Assembly: GCA_965198915.1 (NCBI GenBank)
Contig: CBDAQC010000002.1
Location: 1,053,284-1,117,283 of the forward strand
Direction: 5' to 3'
Length of the DNA: 64,000 nucleotides
Origin: Acetobacteraceae bacterium
Lineage (GTDB): Bacteria > Pseudomonadota > Alphaproteobacteria > Acetobacterales > Acetobacteraceae
Both the position numbers and the translations under genes were made by a program. Below the pieces are notes generated by a model. That model made no database searches and had not been told where the DNA came from. It was given only the letters and a program-made list of their open reading frames with translations. Shown here one piece after another: positions 8,455 to 17,439 of the stretch. Within the stretch, counting starts at the first letter, position 1. The number at the start of each line of letters is the position of its first letter.

Positions 8455-9426
8455 TCAGGCCAGCAGCCCCGCCCGCTCATCCGCCAGCGCCGCCGCGTCC
8501 AGCCCCCCTGGCCCCACCGCGGCCCGCGCCGCCGCCAGCCGCGCCAGGCACGCAGACGAAGCTTCCGGCACCGCCTCCAGCACGCCGCGTGAATCGGCCA
8601 GCACGCCGGAGCAGTGCAGCGCCACGTCGCACCCCGCCGCCAGCGCGGCCGCAGCCCGCGTGCCTGGCGCGCCGGTCAGTGCTTCCATCGCCAAATCGTC
8701 CGTCACCAGCACGCCCGCAAAGCCGATGGCCTCCGGCGCGCGTATCACGCGGCTGATGATGGCGGCGGACTGGGTGGCCGGGTTGGTCATGTCCTGCTGC
8801 ATGTAGCGGATATGGGCCGTCATCAGCCAGGGCAGCGTACGCAGGCGGCGGAACGGCAGCAGGTCGGTCTGGGACACGCCGTCCAGCACCGGCAGCTCCT
8901 TGTGGCTGTCGGCTCTGGCGCGGCCGTGGCCGGGCGCGTGCTTGCCCACCGGCTGCACGCCGGCCGCCAGCAGGCCCGCGGCATACGCGCCGGCAAGCTC
9001 GGCCACCACCTCCGGATCGTGCGAAAAGGCGCGGTCGCCGATCACGTCGTGCCCGTCCGGCGCCGCCACGTCCAGCACGGGGGCCGCCACCACGTCCAGC
9101 CCGGCTTGCGCGCAGTCCAGCCCGATCAGCGCCCCGGTCAGCCACGCCGCCCGCGCGCTGCGCAGCACTCGGACGGGCGGATGCGCGCGCCAGTGCGGCG
9201 GCCGCAGGCGCGCCACACGACCCCCCTCCTGATCCACCATCAGCACGCCTTCCGCGGGCAGCGCCCGCCGCAGCTCGGCCGTCAGCGCGGCAAGCTGCGC
9301 CGGGTCGGCCACGTTGCGGGCGAACAGGATGACGCCCAGCGGCTGCAGGTCGCGCAGCAGCGCCGCCTCGTCCGGCGAGAGCCGGAGGCCGCCAATGCCG
9401 ATGATCGCCGGACGCATCGCGGCCAC
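8455..9426 (-). CDS. nagZ: Beta-N-acetylhexosaminidase (GH3)
   Basis: GVILFARN, VDQEGGRVARL, KHAPGHG (GH3 KHxPGHG), MTAH, VTDDLAM. Confidence 0.93.
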   Translation of the reverse strand: MAAMRPAIIGIGGLRLSPDEAALLRDLQPLGVILFARNVADPAQLAALTAELRRALPAEGVLMVDQEGGRVARLRPPHWRAHPPVRVLRSARAAWLTGALIGLDCAQAGLDVVAAPVLDVAAPDGHDVIGDRAFSHDPEVVAELAGAYAAGLLAAGVQPVGKHAPGHGRARADSHKELPVLDGVSQTDLLPFRRLRTLPWLMTAHIRYMQQDMTNPATQSAAIISRVIRAPEAIGFAGVLVTDDLAMEALTGAPGTRAAAALAAGCDVALHCSGVLADSRGVLEAVPEASSACLARLAAARAAVGPGGLDAAALADERAGLLA

Positions 9427-9594
9427 GCCCTTCTAGATTGGGGTTGGGCGCAAGGCAGCACGTGCCCTGGCCAGGCACTTCTGGCGGAGTGTTACACGCC
9501 CTCTGCCAGCCGCTTTCACCTGGGCCGTCCCGCCAGCCGCGCGCCTGGGCTCAGACGGCTGTTCCCCGAGCGCCGCCGGAGCCGGCACGGCGGC

Positions 9595-10323
9595 TCAGAA
9601 CGCGGCGATGGAGCAATCCCCGCCTTTCGCCCGCACCTTGCCGCAGAACGCCGTCGCCGCCGCTATGTTGGCGAACCCGCCGGTGCGCAGGCGATACACC
9701 ACCCGGCCCGCAACGGTGGCACGCTCCACCTCGGGCGTATGACCGTCGAACAGTCCGGGAATCTTCTCCGCCAGCTTGCCCCAATCCTGCTCGGCGGCCT
9801 GCTGGCTTTCGAACGCCGCAAGCTGCACGGCTGTGCCGGGCGGCTGGTCGGCGGCCGGCATGGCGGCCTGCACGGAGGCATGTTGCACGGGGGCCGCGGG
9901 CGCCACGGCAGGCGCCGGCGCGGCTACGGCGACAGGCGCGGGCGCGACGGGCGCAGCCAAGGCCTGCTCCACCGGCTTGGGCGCCGAGCGTATCTTGGCG
10001 CGCAGCGCGTGCAGCGCCGGTTTCTCCGGCTCGGGCGCCAGGCGCTCCGCACCGCCGCTCACCTCATCGGCGCCCGCCACCTTCATGCCACCCGGGTCCA
10101 GCGGCTTGATACGCACCGGCCCGCTCTGCGCCAGTATCACCGGCACGCCGTGATGGGCGTGGTGGGACATGCTGAACACGCCGATCACCAGGGCCAGCAC
10201 GCCACCGAACCCGGCCGCCGCGATCGCCATGCGGCGCATGTCCGGATCCAACCCGCTGGCGGGTGCCGCGGGCCGGTAGGACGGGCGGCCAAAATTCTGG
10301 GTGATCTGCGGCACGTCTGACAT
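9595..10323 (-). CDS. SPOR domain-containing cell division/peptidoglycan-binding protein
   Basis: Single TM, Pro/Ala linker, C-terminal VQLAAFESQQAAEQDW...YRLRTGGF...FCGKVRAKGGDC. Sits between argS and nagZ as is usual. ATG at 10323. Confidence 0.88.
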   Translation of the reverse strand: MSDVPQITQNFGRPSYRPAAPASGLDPDMRRMAIAAAGFGGVLALVIGVFSMSHHAHHGVPVILAQSGPVRIKPLDPGGMKVAGADEVSGGAERLAPEPEKPALHALRAKIRSAPKPVEQALAAPVAPAPVAVAAPAPAVAPAAPVQHASVQAAMPAADQPPGTAVQLAAFESQQAAEQDWGKLAEKIPGLFDGHTPEVERATVAGRVVYRLRTGGFANIAAATAFCGKVRAKGGDCSIAAF

Positions 10324-10333
10324 CGGCAATTCC

Positions 10334-12127
10334 CTAACCGTCCCGCAACTCCTCGACGGGAACAACACCAAGCACGGCAAGACCGGACCTGATCACTACA
10401 GCAACCGAGGCCACCAAAGCCAGTCTCGCGAGCGTTTCCGCCGGCTGATCCTCCCGCAGAAACCGCAGCGTGGCCTCGGCGCGCCCCTGCTGCCACAATG
10501 TATTAAAGTCAGCCGCCAAGTCATAGAGAAAAAACGCTATTCGGTGCGGTTCATGCGCCAGGGCCGCGCCTTCCACCGTGCGCGGCCATTGCGCCAGGCG
10601 ACGCATCATCGCCAGTTCCGCCGGCGCTTCCAGACACGCCAGATCCACATGCGCCAGCGCTGCCGGCGTGATCGCCTCGGCACCGAACATCGGCCCGGCC
10701 TTGCGCAGCACGGAACGGCAGCGCGCATGCACGTACTGCACGTAATAGACCGGGTTCTCGCGCGTCTCTGCCACCGCCAAGTCCAGGTCGAACTCCATCT
10801 GCGCGTCCGGCTTGCGCGTCAGCATGGTGAAGCGCACCACGTCGCGCCCCACCTCGTCGATCAGGTCGCGCAGGGTCACGAAGCTGCCTGCGCGCTTGCT
10901 CATCTTCACGGCCACGCCGCCGCGCACCACGTGCACGATCTGGCACAGCAGGACGTCCAGCGCGTCTGCGCCCTCGGCCAGCGCGCGCACCGCCGCCTTC
11001 ATGCGGCTGACATAGCCGCCATGGTCCGCCCCCCACACGTCGATCATCAGCTTTGCGCCGCGCTGCGCCTTGTCGGCGTGGTTGGCGATGTCATTGGCAA
11101 AATACGTGTTGGTGCCGTCGGATTTCTTCAGCGGCCGGTCCACGTCGTCACCGAACTGGGTGGCGCGGAACAGCGTCTGCGGACGCGGCTCCCAGTCGTC
11201 CGGCGTCTTGCCCTTGGGCGGCTCCAGCACGCCCTCGTAGATCAGGCCGCGTTCCGCCAGCGTCGCGATCGCGCGCTCCGCCGCACCGCTGGCCAGCAGC
11301 GCGCGCTCGGAGGTGAACACGTCATGCACCACGCCCAGGGCCGCCAAATCCTCGCGTATGGCGGCCATCATCATGCTGATCGCCGTGTCGCGTACCGTGT
11401 CCAGCCACACTTCCGGCTCGGCCGGGGTCGCGTCCGGCCCGGCCAGCGCCGCGCCATGCGCCGCGGCCAGCGCCTCGCCCACCGGCACCAGGTAGTCGCC
11501 GCGGTATTGCAGGCCGCCAGGAACGGCGGCCGCATACGCCTCCTCGGTCAGCGTGGTGCCGAGCGCCTGCAGATAGCGCCAGTAGGCCGCCCAGGCGAGG
11601 GCCACCACCTGCGCGCCGGCGTCATTGACGTAGTATTCCTTTGTCACCGCAAACCCGGCCTTGGCCAGCAGGTTCGCGAGCGCATCGCCCACCACCGCAC
11701 CCCGGCAATGGCCAATATGCAGCGGCCCTGTCGGATTGGCGGAGACATATTCCACGTTGACCGCCACGCCCTGCCCGGCAGCGCTGTCGCCATATGCCTC
11801 GCCGGCCGCCAGGATCACCGGCAGCTGCGCCCGGAAGCTAGGCGCGCTCAGCCGCAGGTTGATGAAGCCCGGCCCGGCCGGTGCGGCCTCCGCCACGTCC
11901 GGATTGGCCGCGAGGTCGGCTGCCAGCACCGCCGCCAGCTCGGCCGGCTTGCGGCCGGCAGACTTCGCGCACACCATCGCCGCGTTGGTCGCCATGTCGC
12001 CATGTGCCGCCTCGCGCGTCGGTGTCACTTCCACGCGCGCTGACACCTCGGCGGGCAGCGCCGGCACCGCGCGCTGCAGCGCGGCCAGCACGTGGGCCCG
12101 CATGTCGGCATACAGGTTCTGGCTCAA
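10334..12127 (-). CDS. argS: Arginine--tRNA ligase
   Basis: GPGFINL, VEYVSANPTGPLHIGH (HIGH), GADHGGY, KMSKR, YVQYVHAR. TTG start after AGGA. Confidence 0.97.
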   Translation of the reverse strand: MSQNLYADMRAHVLAALQRAVPALPAEVSARVEVTPTREAAHGDMATNAAMVCAKSAGRKPAELAAVLAADLAANPDVAEAAPAGPGFINLRLSAPSFRAQLPVILAAGEAYGDSAAGQGVAVNVEYVSANPTGPLHIGHCRGAVVGDALANLLAKAGFAVTKEYYVNDAGAQVVALAWAAYWRYLQALGTTLTEEAYAAAVPGGLQYRGDYLVPVGEALAAAHGAALAGPDATPAEPEVWLDTVRDTAISMMMAAIREDLAALGVVHDVFTSERALLASGAAERAIATLAERGLIYEGVLEPPKGKTPDDWEPRPQTLFRATQFGDDVDRPLKKSDGTNTYFANDIANHADKAQRGAKLMIDVWGADHGGYVSRMKAAVRALAEGADALDVLLCQIVHVVRGGVAVKMSKRAGSFVTLRDLIDEVGRDVVRFTMLTRKPDAQMEFDLDLAVAETRENPVYYVQYVHARCRSVLRKAGPMFGAEAITPAALAHVDLACLEAPAELAMMRRLAQWPRTVEGAALAHEPHRIAFFLYDLAADFNTLWQQGRAEATLRFLREDQPAETLARLALVASVAVVIRSGLAVLGVVPVEELRDG

Positions 12128-12305
12128 AATCTGGTCCTAGGAGGGTGGCGAACCGGCTTCTAGCCCAGCCGCACCCGGCGGGTAACCACGTAAAGGCAGG
12201 CCAGCAGCCCGGCCGCCGCCCTGGTAATTCCGCGGCACCCCGGTATCACCTCCACCGCCTGCGCGACTCTGGCTGCGCGCCGGCCCAAACAACAGGAGAT
12301 GTCCC

Positions 12306-12680
12306 GTGTTCTCGCACATCATGATCGGCACCAACGACCTGGACCGCGCGAAAGCGTTCTACGACAAGCTGCTCGGCACGGTGGGCGTCCCGCCCGCCAA
12401 CATCGACGGCAACCGGATGTTCTACATGACGAAGACGGGCATCCTGTCGATCACCAAGCCGATCAACGGCGAGCCCGCGACGAACGCCAACGGCATGACG
12501 ATCGGCTTCGCTACCGACTCGCCCGAACAGACGCGCGCCTGGCACGAAGCCGGTTTGGCCGCCGGCGGCACCGATTGCGAGGACCCGCCCGGCGTGCGCG
12601 AAGGCGGCCTCGGCAAGCTGTATCTGGCCTATCTCCGCGATCCGGACGGGCACAAGCTCTGCGCGCTGCATCGCATGTAA
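12306..12680 (+). CDS. VOC/glyoxalase family protein
   Basis: MFSHIMIGTNDLDRAKAFYD...ANGMTIGF...WHEAGLAAGG...YLAYLRDPDGHKLCA. AGGAG RBS before the GTG. Confidence 0.9.
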   Translation: MFSHIMIGTNDLDRAKAFYDKLLGTVGVPPANIDGNRMFYMTKTGILSITKPINGEPATNANGMTIGFATDSPEQTRAWHEAGLAAGGTDCEDPPGVREGGLGKLYLAYLRDPDGHKLCALHRM

Positions 12681-12704
12681 GGGCGCGCAGCAGGCACACC
12701 GCGG

Positions 12705-12723
12705 ACCCGCCAAGCTGGCGGGT
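12705..12723 (+). terminator. GC hairpin downstream of the VOC gene (possible terminator stem)
   Basis: ACCCGCCA-AGC-TGGCGGGT perfect 8-bp stem; the U-tract is weak. Confidence 0.35.
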
Positions 12724-12902
12724 TCACCGCCTGGACGGGCCCGGTGGGCCGCTGGCCGCTTTTCTGATGCCGAGGGGCGGAAACCCCTTCTGTCACCGAC
12801 TGTGGGTCTGCCCGGAAGTCGCGGGTGCCCTGGCGCCGAACCCCATTCCGTAGAATTGCTGGTGACAGACACTCAACCCCGCACGCCACTCCGGACGCCA
12901 GA

Positions 12903-14036
12903 ATGATCCTGCCCGAACCCTTCCACGCGTTCAGCATCAGCCGGCTGGCGCACAAGCTGAAATCCGAAGGCCGGGCCGTGCTGCACATGGAATTCGGCCA
13001 GCCTTCCACCGGGGCGCCGAAAGCCGCCATCGCGGTGGCCCACCAGGTGCTGGACAGCGAGGCGCTGGGATATTGGGAAAGCCCGGCGCTGAAAGCGCGC
13101 ATAGCCCGCCTGTATGCCGAACGCTACGGCATCGAGGTCACCGCCGGCCAGGTGCTGCTGACCTGCGGGGCGTCGCCGGCGCTGGTGCTGGCGCTGGCAT
13201 CCAACTTCCGGCCCGGCGACCGCATCGCCCTCGCGCGGCCCGGCTACGTGGCCTACCGCAACACGTTGCGGGCGCTGCACATGCAGGCCCACGAGGTGCC
13301 CTGCGGGCCGGAGATGCGCTACCAGCTATCCGCCAGGCTGCTGGCCGGGATGGACCCGCCGCCCGCCGGCATCATCATGGCCAGTCCTGCCAACCCGACC
13401 GGCACGATCATCGAGCCGGGTGAGATGGCCGCGCTGGCCGCCATCTGCCGCGAGCGCGGCACCAGGATTATCTCGGACGAAATCTACCATGGGCTGAGCT
13501 ACGGTGAACCTGCGCGCTCGATGCTGGAGTTCGCCCCTGACGCCACGGTGATCAGCAGCTTTTCGAAATACTACAGCATGGCCGGCTGGCGCCTGGGCTG
13601 GCTGATCGTGCCCGCCGGCCGCTTCGACCTGACCTGGGCGTATGCCGGCAACATGTTCCTGACCCCGCCCAGCCTCAGCCAGCACGCTGCCCTCGCCGCA
13701 ATGGACAGCCACGCCGAGCTGGACGGACATCTTGCAACCTACCGCGAAAACCGCAGGCTGCTGCTGGAAGCGCTGCCCGCGTCGGGGCTGACCGCGATCG
13801 CCCCGCCCGATGGCGCCTTCTACATCTATGCAGATGTCGGGCACCTGACCCAGGATAGCCTGGCCTTCTGCACGCGGCTGCTGAACGACACCGGAGTGGC
13901 CATCGCGCCGGGCATCGACTTCGATCCGGTCGAAGGACGGCATTTCATTCGCATCAGTTTCGCGGTTTCCACGGCGGAAGTGCGCGAGGCGATCGCGCGG
14001 CTGGTGCCTTGGCTTGCTGGCGCGGCCGGGCGGTAA
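12903..14036 (+). CDS. Class I/II PLP-dependent aminotransferase (aspartate aminotransferase-like)
   Basis: SPANPTG, ISDEIYH, SFSKYYSMAGWRLGW (PLP lysine), PDGAFY, IAPGIDF. Confidence 0.9.
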   Translation: MILPEPFHAFSISRLAHKLKSEGRAVLHMEFGQPSTGAPKAAIAVAHQVLDSEALGYWESPALKARIARLYAERYGIEVTAGQVLLTCGASPALVLALASNFRPGDRIALARPGYVAYRNTLRALHMQAHEVPCGPEMRYQLSARLLAGMDPPPAGIIMASPANPTGTIIEPGEMAALAAICRERGTRIISDEIYHGLSYGEPARSMLEFAPDATVISSFSKYYSMAGWRLGWLIVPAGRFDLTWAYAGNMFLTPPSLSQHAALAAMDSHAELDGHLATYRENRRLLLEALPASGLTAIAPPDGAFYIYADVGHLTQDSLAFCTRLLNDTGVAIAPGIDFDPVEGRHFIRISFAVSTAEVREAIARLVPWLAGAAGR

Positions 14037-14047
14037 GGCTGAAGGAA

Positions 14048-14097
14048 GGCCTTCTTTTTCGAGAAAAAGAAGCAAGCTTTTGGTCCGCTGTCGCGGC
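14048..14097. repeat. Family-1 repeat, single left arm
   Basis: GGCCTTCTTTTTCGAGAAAAAGAAGCAAGCTTTTGGTCCGCTGTCGCG directly after the aminotransferase stop; no right arm found. Confidence 0.75.
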
Positions 14098-14136
14098 TTG
14101 GTGACACGTACGCCTGAGGCGCTGCCTGCGTGCTTA

Positions 14137-14244
14137 GTGTCTGTTGAAAACCCGACCAAGTGATTCGGCTGGCCGTCATTTTCGACCATCGGAGCACAGG
14201 AAATCGCCGTCAGATGGCCGCCGGGGCGAGTTTCAAACGGGCAC
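14137..14244. mobile_element. 108-bp MITE with IS5-family-like terminal inverted repeats
   Basis: Left end GTGTCTGTTGAAAAC (14137-14151). Right end GTTTCAAACGGGCAC (14230-14244), whose reverse complement is GTGCCCGTTTGAAAC. Flanked by direct TTA (14134-14136 and 14245-14247). No coding capacity. Confidence 0.6.
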
Positions 14245-14832
14245 TTAGGGCTCGTGGTTGCCGAAGATCGCCTGCTCTATTGCGGCCAACATCGCGTGCG
14301 CGGCGGCCATGTGGAGCTGCTGCACCACCTGCGCGTTTTCTGACGGCGCACGCAACACGTGGTCGAAGCTCCCCGGCATCGCCCCGCCCGCCTGCCCCGA
14401 GAATCCGAGTGTTGCCATGCCCATCCCACGCGCCGCTTCGGCCGCCAGGATCAGGTTTCTGGAGTTGCCGGAGGTGGAAAACGCGAGCAACACGTCGCCA
14501 GGCCTGCCCAGGGCACTCACCTGGCGCGCGAATACGGTCTCGAAGCCGTAATCATTGCCGCACGCGGTCAACACCGGTCCGCTCTCGCTCAACGCCAGCG
14601 CAGCGAGCGGCGCCCTGTCGATCATCAGCCGGCTCACATATTCGGCGGCGACATGCTGCGCATCCGCGGCGCTGCCGCCATTACCGGCGATCAGCAGCTT
14701 GCCGCCGGCCCGCAGGCTGGCGGTCACCATCCGCGCCGCGTCCTGCAGCATGGCGACGCAGGCCGCGTTTTCGGCCAGGGAGGCGGTCGCCCTGGCGGAG
14801 CGTTGCAGATAGGCTGAGACATCGTCTTGCAT
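14245..14832 (-). CDS. gmhA: Phosphoheptose (sedoheptulose-7-phosphate) isomerase, SIS domain
   Basis: GKLLIAGNGGSAADAQHVAAE, ACGNDYGF, FSTSGNSRN, QQLH. ATG at 14832. Confidence 0.9.
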   Translation of the reverse strand: MQDDVSAYLQRSARATASLAENAACVAMLQDAARMVTASLRAGGKLLIAGNGGSAADAQHVAAEYVSRLMIDRAPLAALALSESGPVLTACGNDYGFETVFARQVSALGRPGDVLLAFSTSGNSRNLILAAEAARGMGMATLGFSGQAGGAMPGSFDHVLRAPSENAQVVQQLHMAAAHAMLAAIEQAIFGNHEP

Positions 14833-15184
14833 GGACGCTCGTCTGCCCCATGACGGCCCGTTTTGAAATGGCCGATGCGGGCCGGCCGCCTGCAATCCTG
14901 CAAGAGCACGGGTTTCTGGCCTTGTGCAGTCGCACCAGCCGAGCTGGTCCTAACCGATCAGCGCGCTTGCGCAACTTCAGCATAGAGCCATCTGTTGACT
15001 GGCTCACCTGAGCCAGACGTAATGATTTCAGGAGAAATAACCATTTTTTGAGACTTGCCGGTGAAGTTGTTGCGAAGTAGCATACAACTCATGACCTGAC
15101 TCTCCGTTGGAAGAGGTTCGGAAGCGAAGCGGTATCCGACCATTCCGGCTGGCCAATCCACGGGCATCTTTCGACGGAGTCTGC

Positions 15185-15379
15185 ATGATAACCACGCTCA
15201 TCCTTATCTTCCTGTTCAATGGCCAGGAAGTCCGCATCGAACGGCCTATCGACATGGCAGCCTGCGCCAGCCAGACGACCGCGCAGATTCAGGCCGCGGA
15301 AGTGTTGCACGACCATCCGAAATACGTCTGGGATCACCGGTGGAGCTGCCGGATCGGCCGCATGGAAAAACAGGCCTGA
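15185..15379 (+). CDS. Small hypothetical exported/membrane peptide (64 aa)
   Basis: GGAG RBS, then MITTLILIFLFNGQEVRIERPIDMAAC...WSCRIG: hydrophobic N-terminus and two Cys, within a lower-GC segment. Confidence 0.5.
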   Translation: MITTLILIFLFNGQEVRIERPIDMAACASQTTAQIQAAEVLHDHPKYVWDHRWSCRIGRMEKQA

Positions 15380-15509
15380 TTCTGCTTAGGCTGTCTTCGG
15401 TATCTGTTTGTAAGCCTTCTCCAGCGGCGGAGCTTCAGGCGCCTGTGCACCTGGTCCGAAGAACGCGATCCGCCTCGTTGCTCTGAAATGCAGCCGGGTG
15501 TGACAGCCG

Positions 15510-16163
15510 TCAGTGGTCCGCCAGGTTTATCATGCTGAACGGGTGCGCCGGCACCGGACAGGACGCTGTTTCGGCAGGCTTGAGCGTCCGCAGATCGCTA
15601 AGCCAGCAGCGGTCCAGGATCGAGCAGTAACATAGCCGGAAAGTAATGTCGGCCAGGTGCGAGTCGAAGTTGCTGAACACGGCGGCATCGGCGGCGCTCC
15701 TGTCCATGCTGATCATCGTGCGGCTCTGGTCGGGCCGGATCACGTTGCCAGCGACGTCGCCCAGGCCGATACCGAGGGCCATGCGCGCATGCGCGGCCTT
15801 GGTGTCCGCCGACAGGCCGCAGCAGCGTTGCAGCAGCTCCGTCGCGTTACCCACGGGTCTGCCCGCGTAGAACACCTCGAAGCTTTCCACCTTGGCAGGA
15901 CCGACGCCCTCGTTACGGACATCCACGCTGACGAGCGCGTTCGTGCCGGTCAGGCGGCGTTCCTCGTCCACCTCCATGAACGGCCAGGAATTAGCCGCCA
16001 GAAGCTCGCGCTGTATCGATTCGCCGCGCATGCCGATGACCAGCGACACGAGCGAGATGAAGATGGCGGCGCTGGCCGCAAGGAAATCGAACCAGAAGCG
16101 GCCGGTGCGGCGCGGGGCGCCCTGTATCTCGTCCGGGGTGATGATGCGGTCCGTGTCGGGCAT
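15510..16163 (-). CDS. Hypothetical single-pass membrane protein
   Basis: TM segment FDFLAASAAIFISLVSLVI, then NSWPF...VRNEGVGPAKV...LCYCSILDRCW. GC3-rich codons; ATG at 16163. Confidence 0.7.
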   Translation of the reverse strand: MPDTDRIITPDEIQGAPRRTGRFWFDFLAASAAIFISLVSLVIGMRGESIQRELLAANSWPFMEVDEERRLTGTNALVSVDVRNEGVGPAKVESFEVFYAGRPVGNATELLQRCCGLSADTKAAHARMALGIGLGDVAGNVIRPDQSRTMISMDRSAADAAVFSNFDSHLADITFRLCYCSILDRCWLSDLRTLKPAETASCPVPAHPFSMINLADH

Positions 16164-16237
16164 TGCGTGTCCAGGAAGAAACGGTTGCGCATTCGGCTGC
16201 CTGGCGAACAATCGGCCGCCGCCATCGTTGCCGCCGT

Positions 16238-17281
16238 ATGGACCGTTTATGGACTCCGCGCCGCGTACTGGCCACCCCGTCCGCCCTTGCTTTGCCGGAA
16301 GGCCAGGCGATGGCGGAGCGCGCAGTGGCGGCCGGCGCCGAACTGGTGGCGTTGAAGGCTGACCGCCTGACCGGCCTGCCGGACGCCTACCGCGACGCCA
16401 AGACCACCATGGCGATCGTCACCGCCAGCCCGAGCCGCAGGCGCCTGCAGCCGATCCCGCCGAGTGCCGACTGGCGCTTCGACCTGGCAGAGGGCTGTCC
16501 CGCCCATTGCGCCTATTGCTACCTGGCCGGCTCGCTTGCCGGCCCGCCGATCATCCGTGTGTATGCGAATTTGGGCGAGATACTGGCGGAGTTGCCGGCC
16601 GCCGTGGGCCAGGGGCGCGTCACGTCCGCCTCGGTGGCGCGCGCGGCGGAGGGCACCACGTTCGAGTGCTCCTGCTATACGGACCCGCTGGCGCTGGAAC
16701 ACCTGACCGGCAGCCTGGCCGCCTGCATCACCCGCTTCGGCGCCTGGGAGGCGCCGGTGCAGCTCCGCTTCACCACCAAGTTCGCGGCCGTGGGGCCGTT
16801 GCTGGGCCTGCAACACAACCGCCGCACGCGCGTGCGCTTTTCGGTCAACGCGCGCGCCGCCGAACGGCACGAAGGCGGCGCGCCGCGCATGGCCGCGCGC
16901 CTGGCGGCGCTGCGCCAGATGGCACAGGCAGGTTATCCGATCGGCCTGACGGTGGCGCCCATCATGCGCGTGCCGGACTGGGCGGCGGCCTACGACACCC
17001 TGTTCGCCGATGTGGAGACGGCGCTGCGTGGCGTGCCGGATGTGGATTTGACGGCGGAGCTGATCACGCACCGGTTCACACCCAAATCCAAAGAGGTTCT
17101 GGCCGGCTGGTATCCCGGCAGCAGCCTGGAGATGGACGAAGCCGAGCGGGCGCGGAAGATGACGAAGTTCGGCTCGGTGAAATGGGTGTTCCCGAAGGAA
17201 CAGATGGCGGAGATGCGTGCCTCGGTGGAGGGCTCGCTGGTGCGGCACCTGCCGGCGGCGAGGCTGTTGTATTGGACGTGA
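16238..17281 (+). CDS. Spore photoproduct lyase family radical SAM protein
   Basis: LQPIPPSADW, CxxxCxxC motif GCPAHCAYCYL, FECSCYTDPLALEHLTG, LRFTTKF, ELITHRFT, KFGSVKWV. ATG at 16238. Confidence 0.85.
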   Translation: MDRLWTPRRVLATPSALALPEGQAMAERAVAAGAELVALKADRLTGLPDAYRDAKTTMAIVTASPSRRRLQPIPPSADWRFDLAEGCPAHCAYCYLAGSLAGPPIIRVYANLGEILAELPAAVGQGRVTSASVARAAEGTTFECSCYTDPLALEHLTGSLAACITRFGAWEAPVQLRFTTKFAAVGPLLGLQHNRRTRVRFSVNARAAERHEGGAPRMAARLAALRQMAQAGYPIGLTVAPIMRVPDWAAAYDTLFADVETALRGVPDVDLTAELITHRFTPKSKEVLAGWYPGSSLEMDEAERARKMTKFGSVKWVFPKEQMAEMRASVEGSLVRHLPAARLLYWT

Positions 17282-17310
17282 GAGGACGTTATAGTAGCGA
17301 AAGGAAGCAA

Positions 17311-17427
17311 GGAGTTCTTTTTGGAAAAAGAGAACCAAAAGACTTTCGCTCCCTGTAGGCGGCTGAAGGACAGGTGCGCGACAGCGGAGCAAAAGCTTTT
17401 TGCTTCTTTTTCTCGAAAAAGAAGGCC
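17311..17427. repeat. Family-1 REPIN-like palindromic doublet
   Basis: GGAGTTCTTTTTGGAAAAAGAGAACCAAAAGACTTT ... CGCGACAGCGGAGCAAAAGCTTTTTGCTTCTTTTTCTCGAAAAAGAAGGCC. Confidence 0.85.
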
Positions 17428-17439
17428 TGCCTTTCTCCC

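Noticed and set aside
12681-12902. Possible riboswitch upstream of the aminotransferase
   Set aside because: Hairpins are present, but I could not match TPP, SAM, glycine, cobalamin or FMN core sequences.
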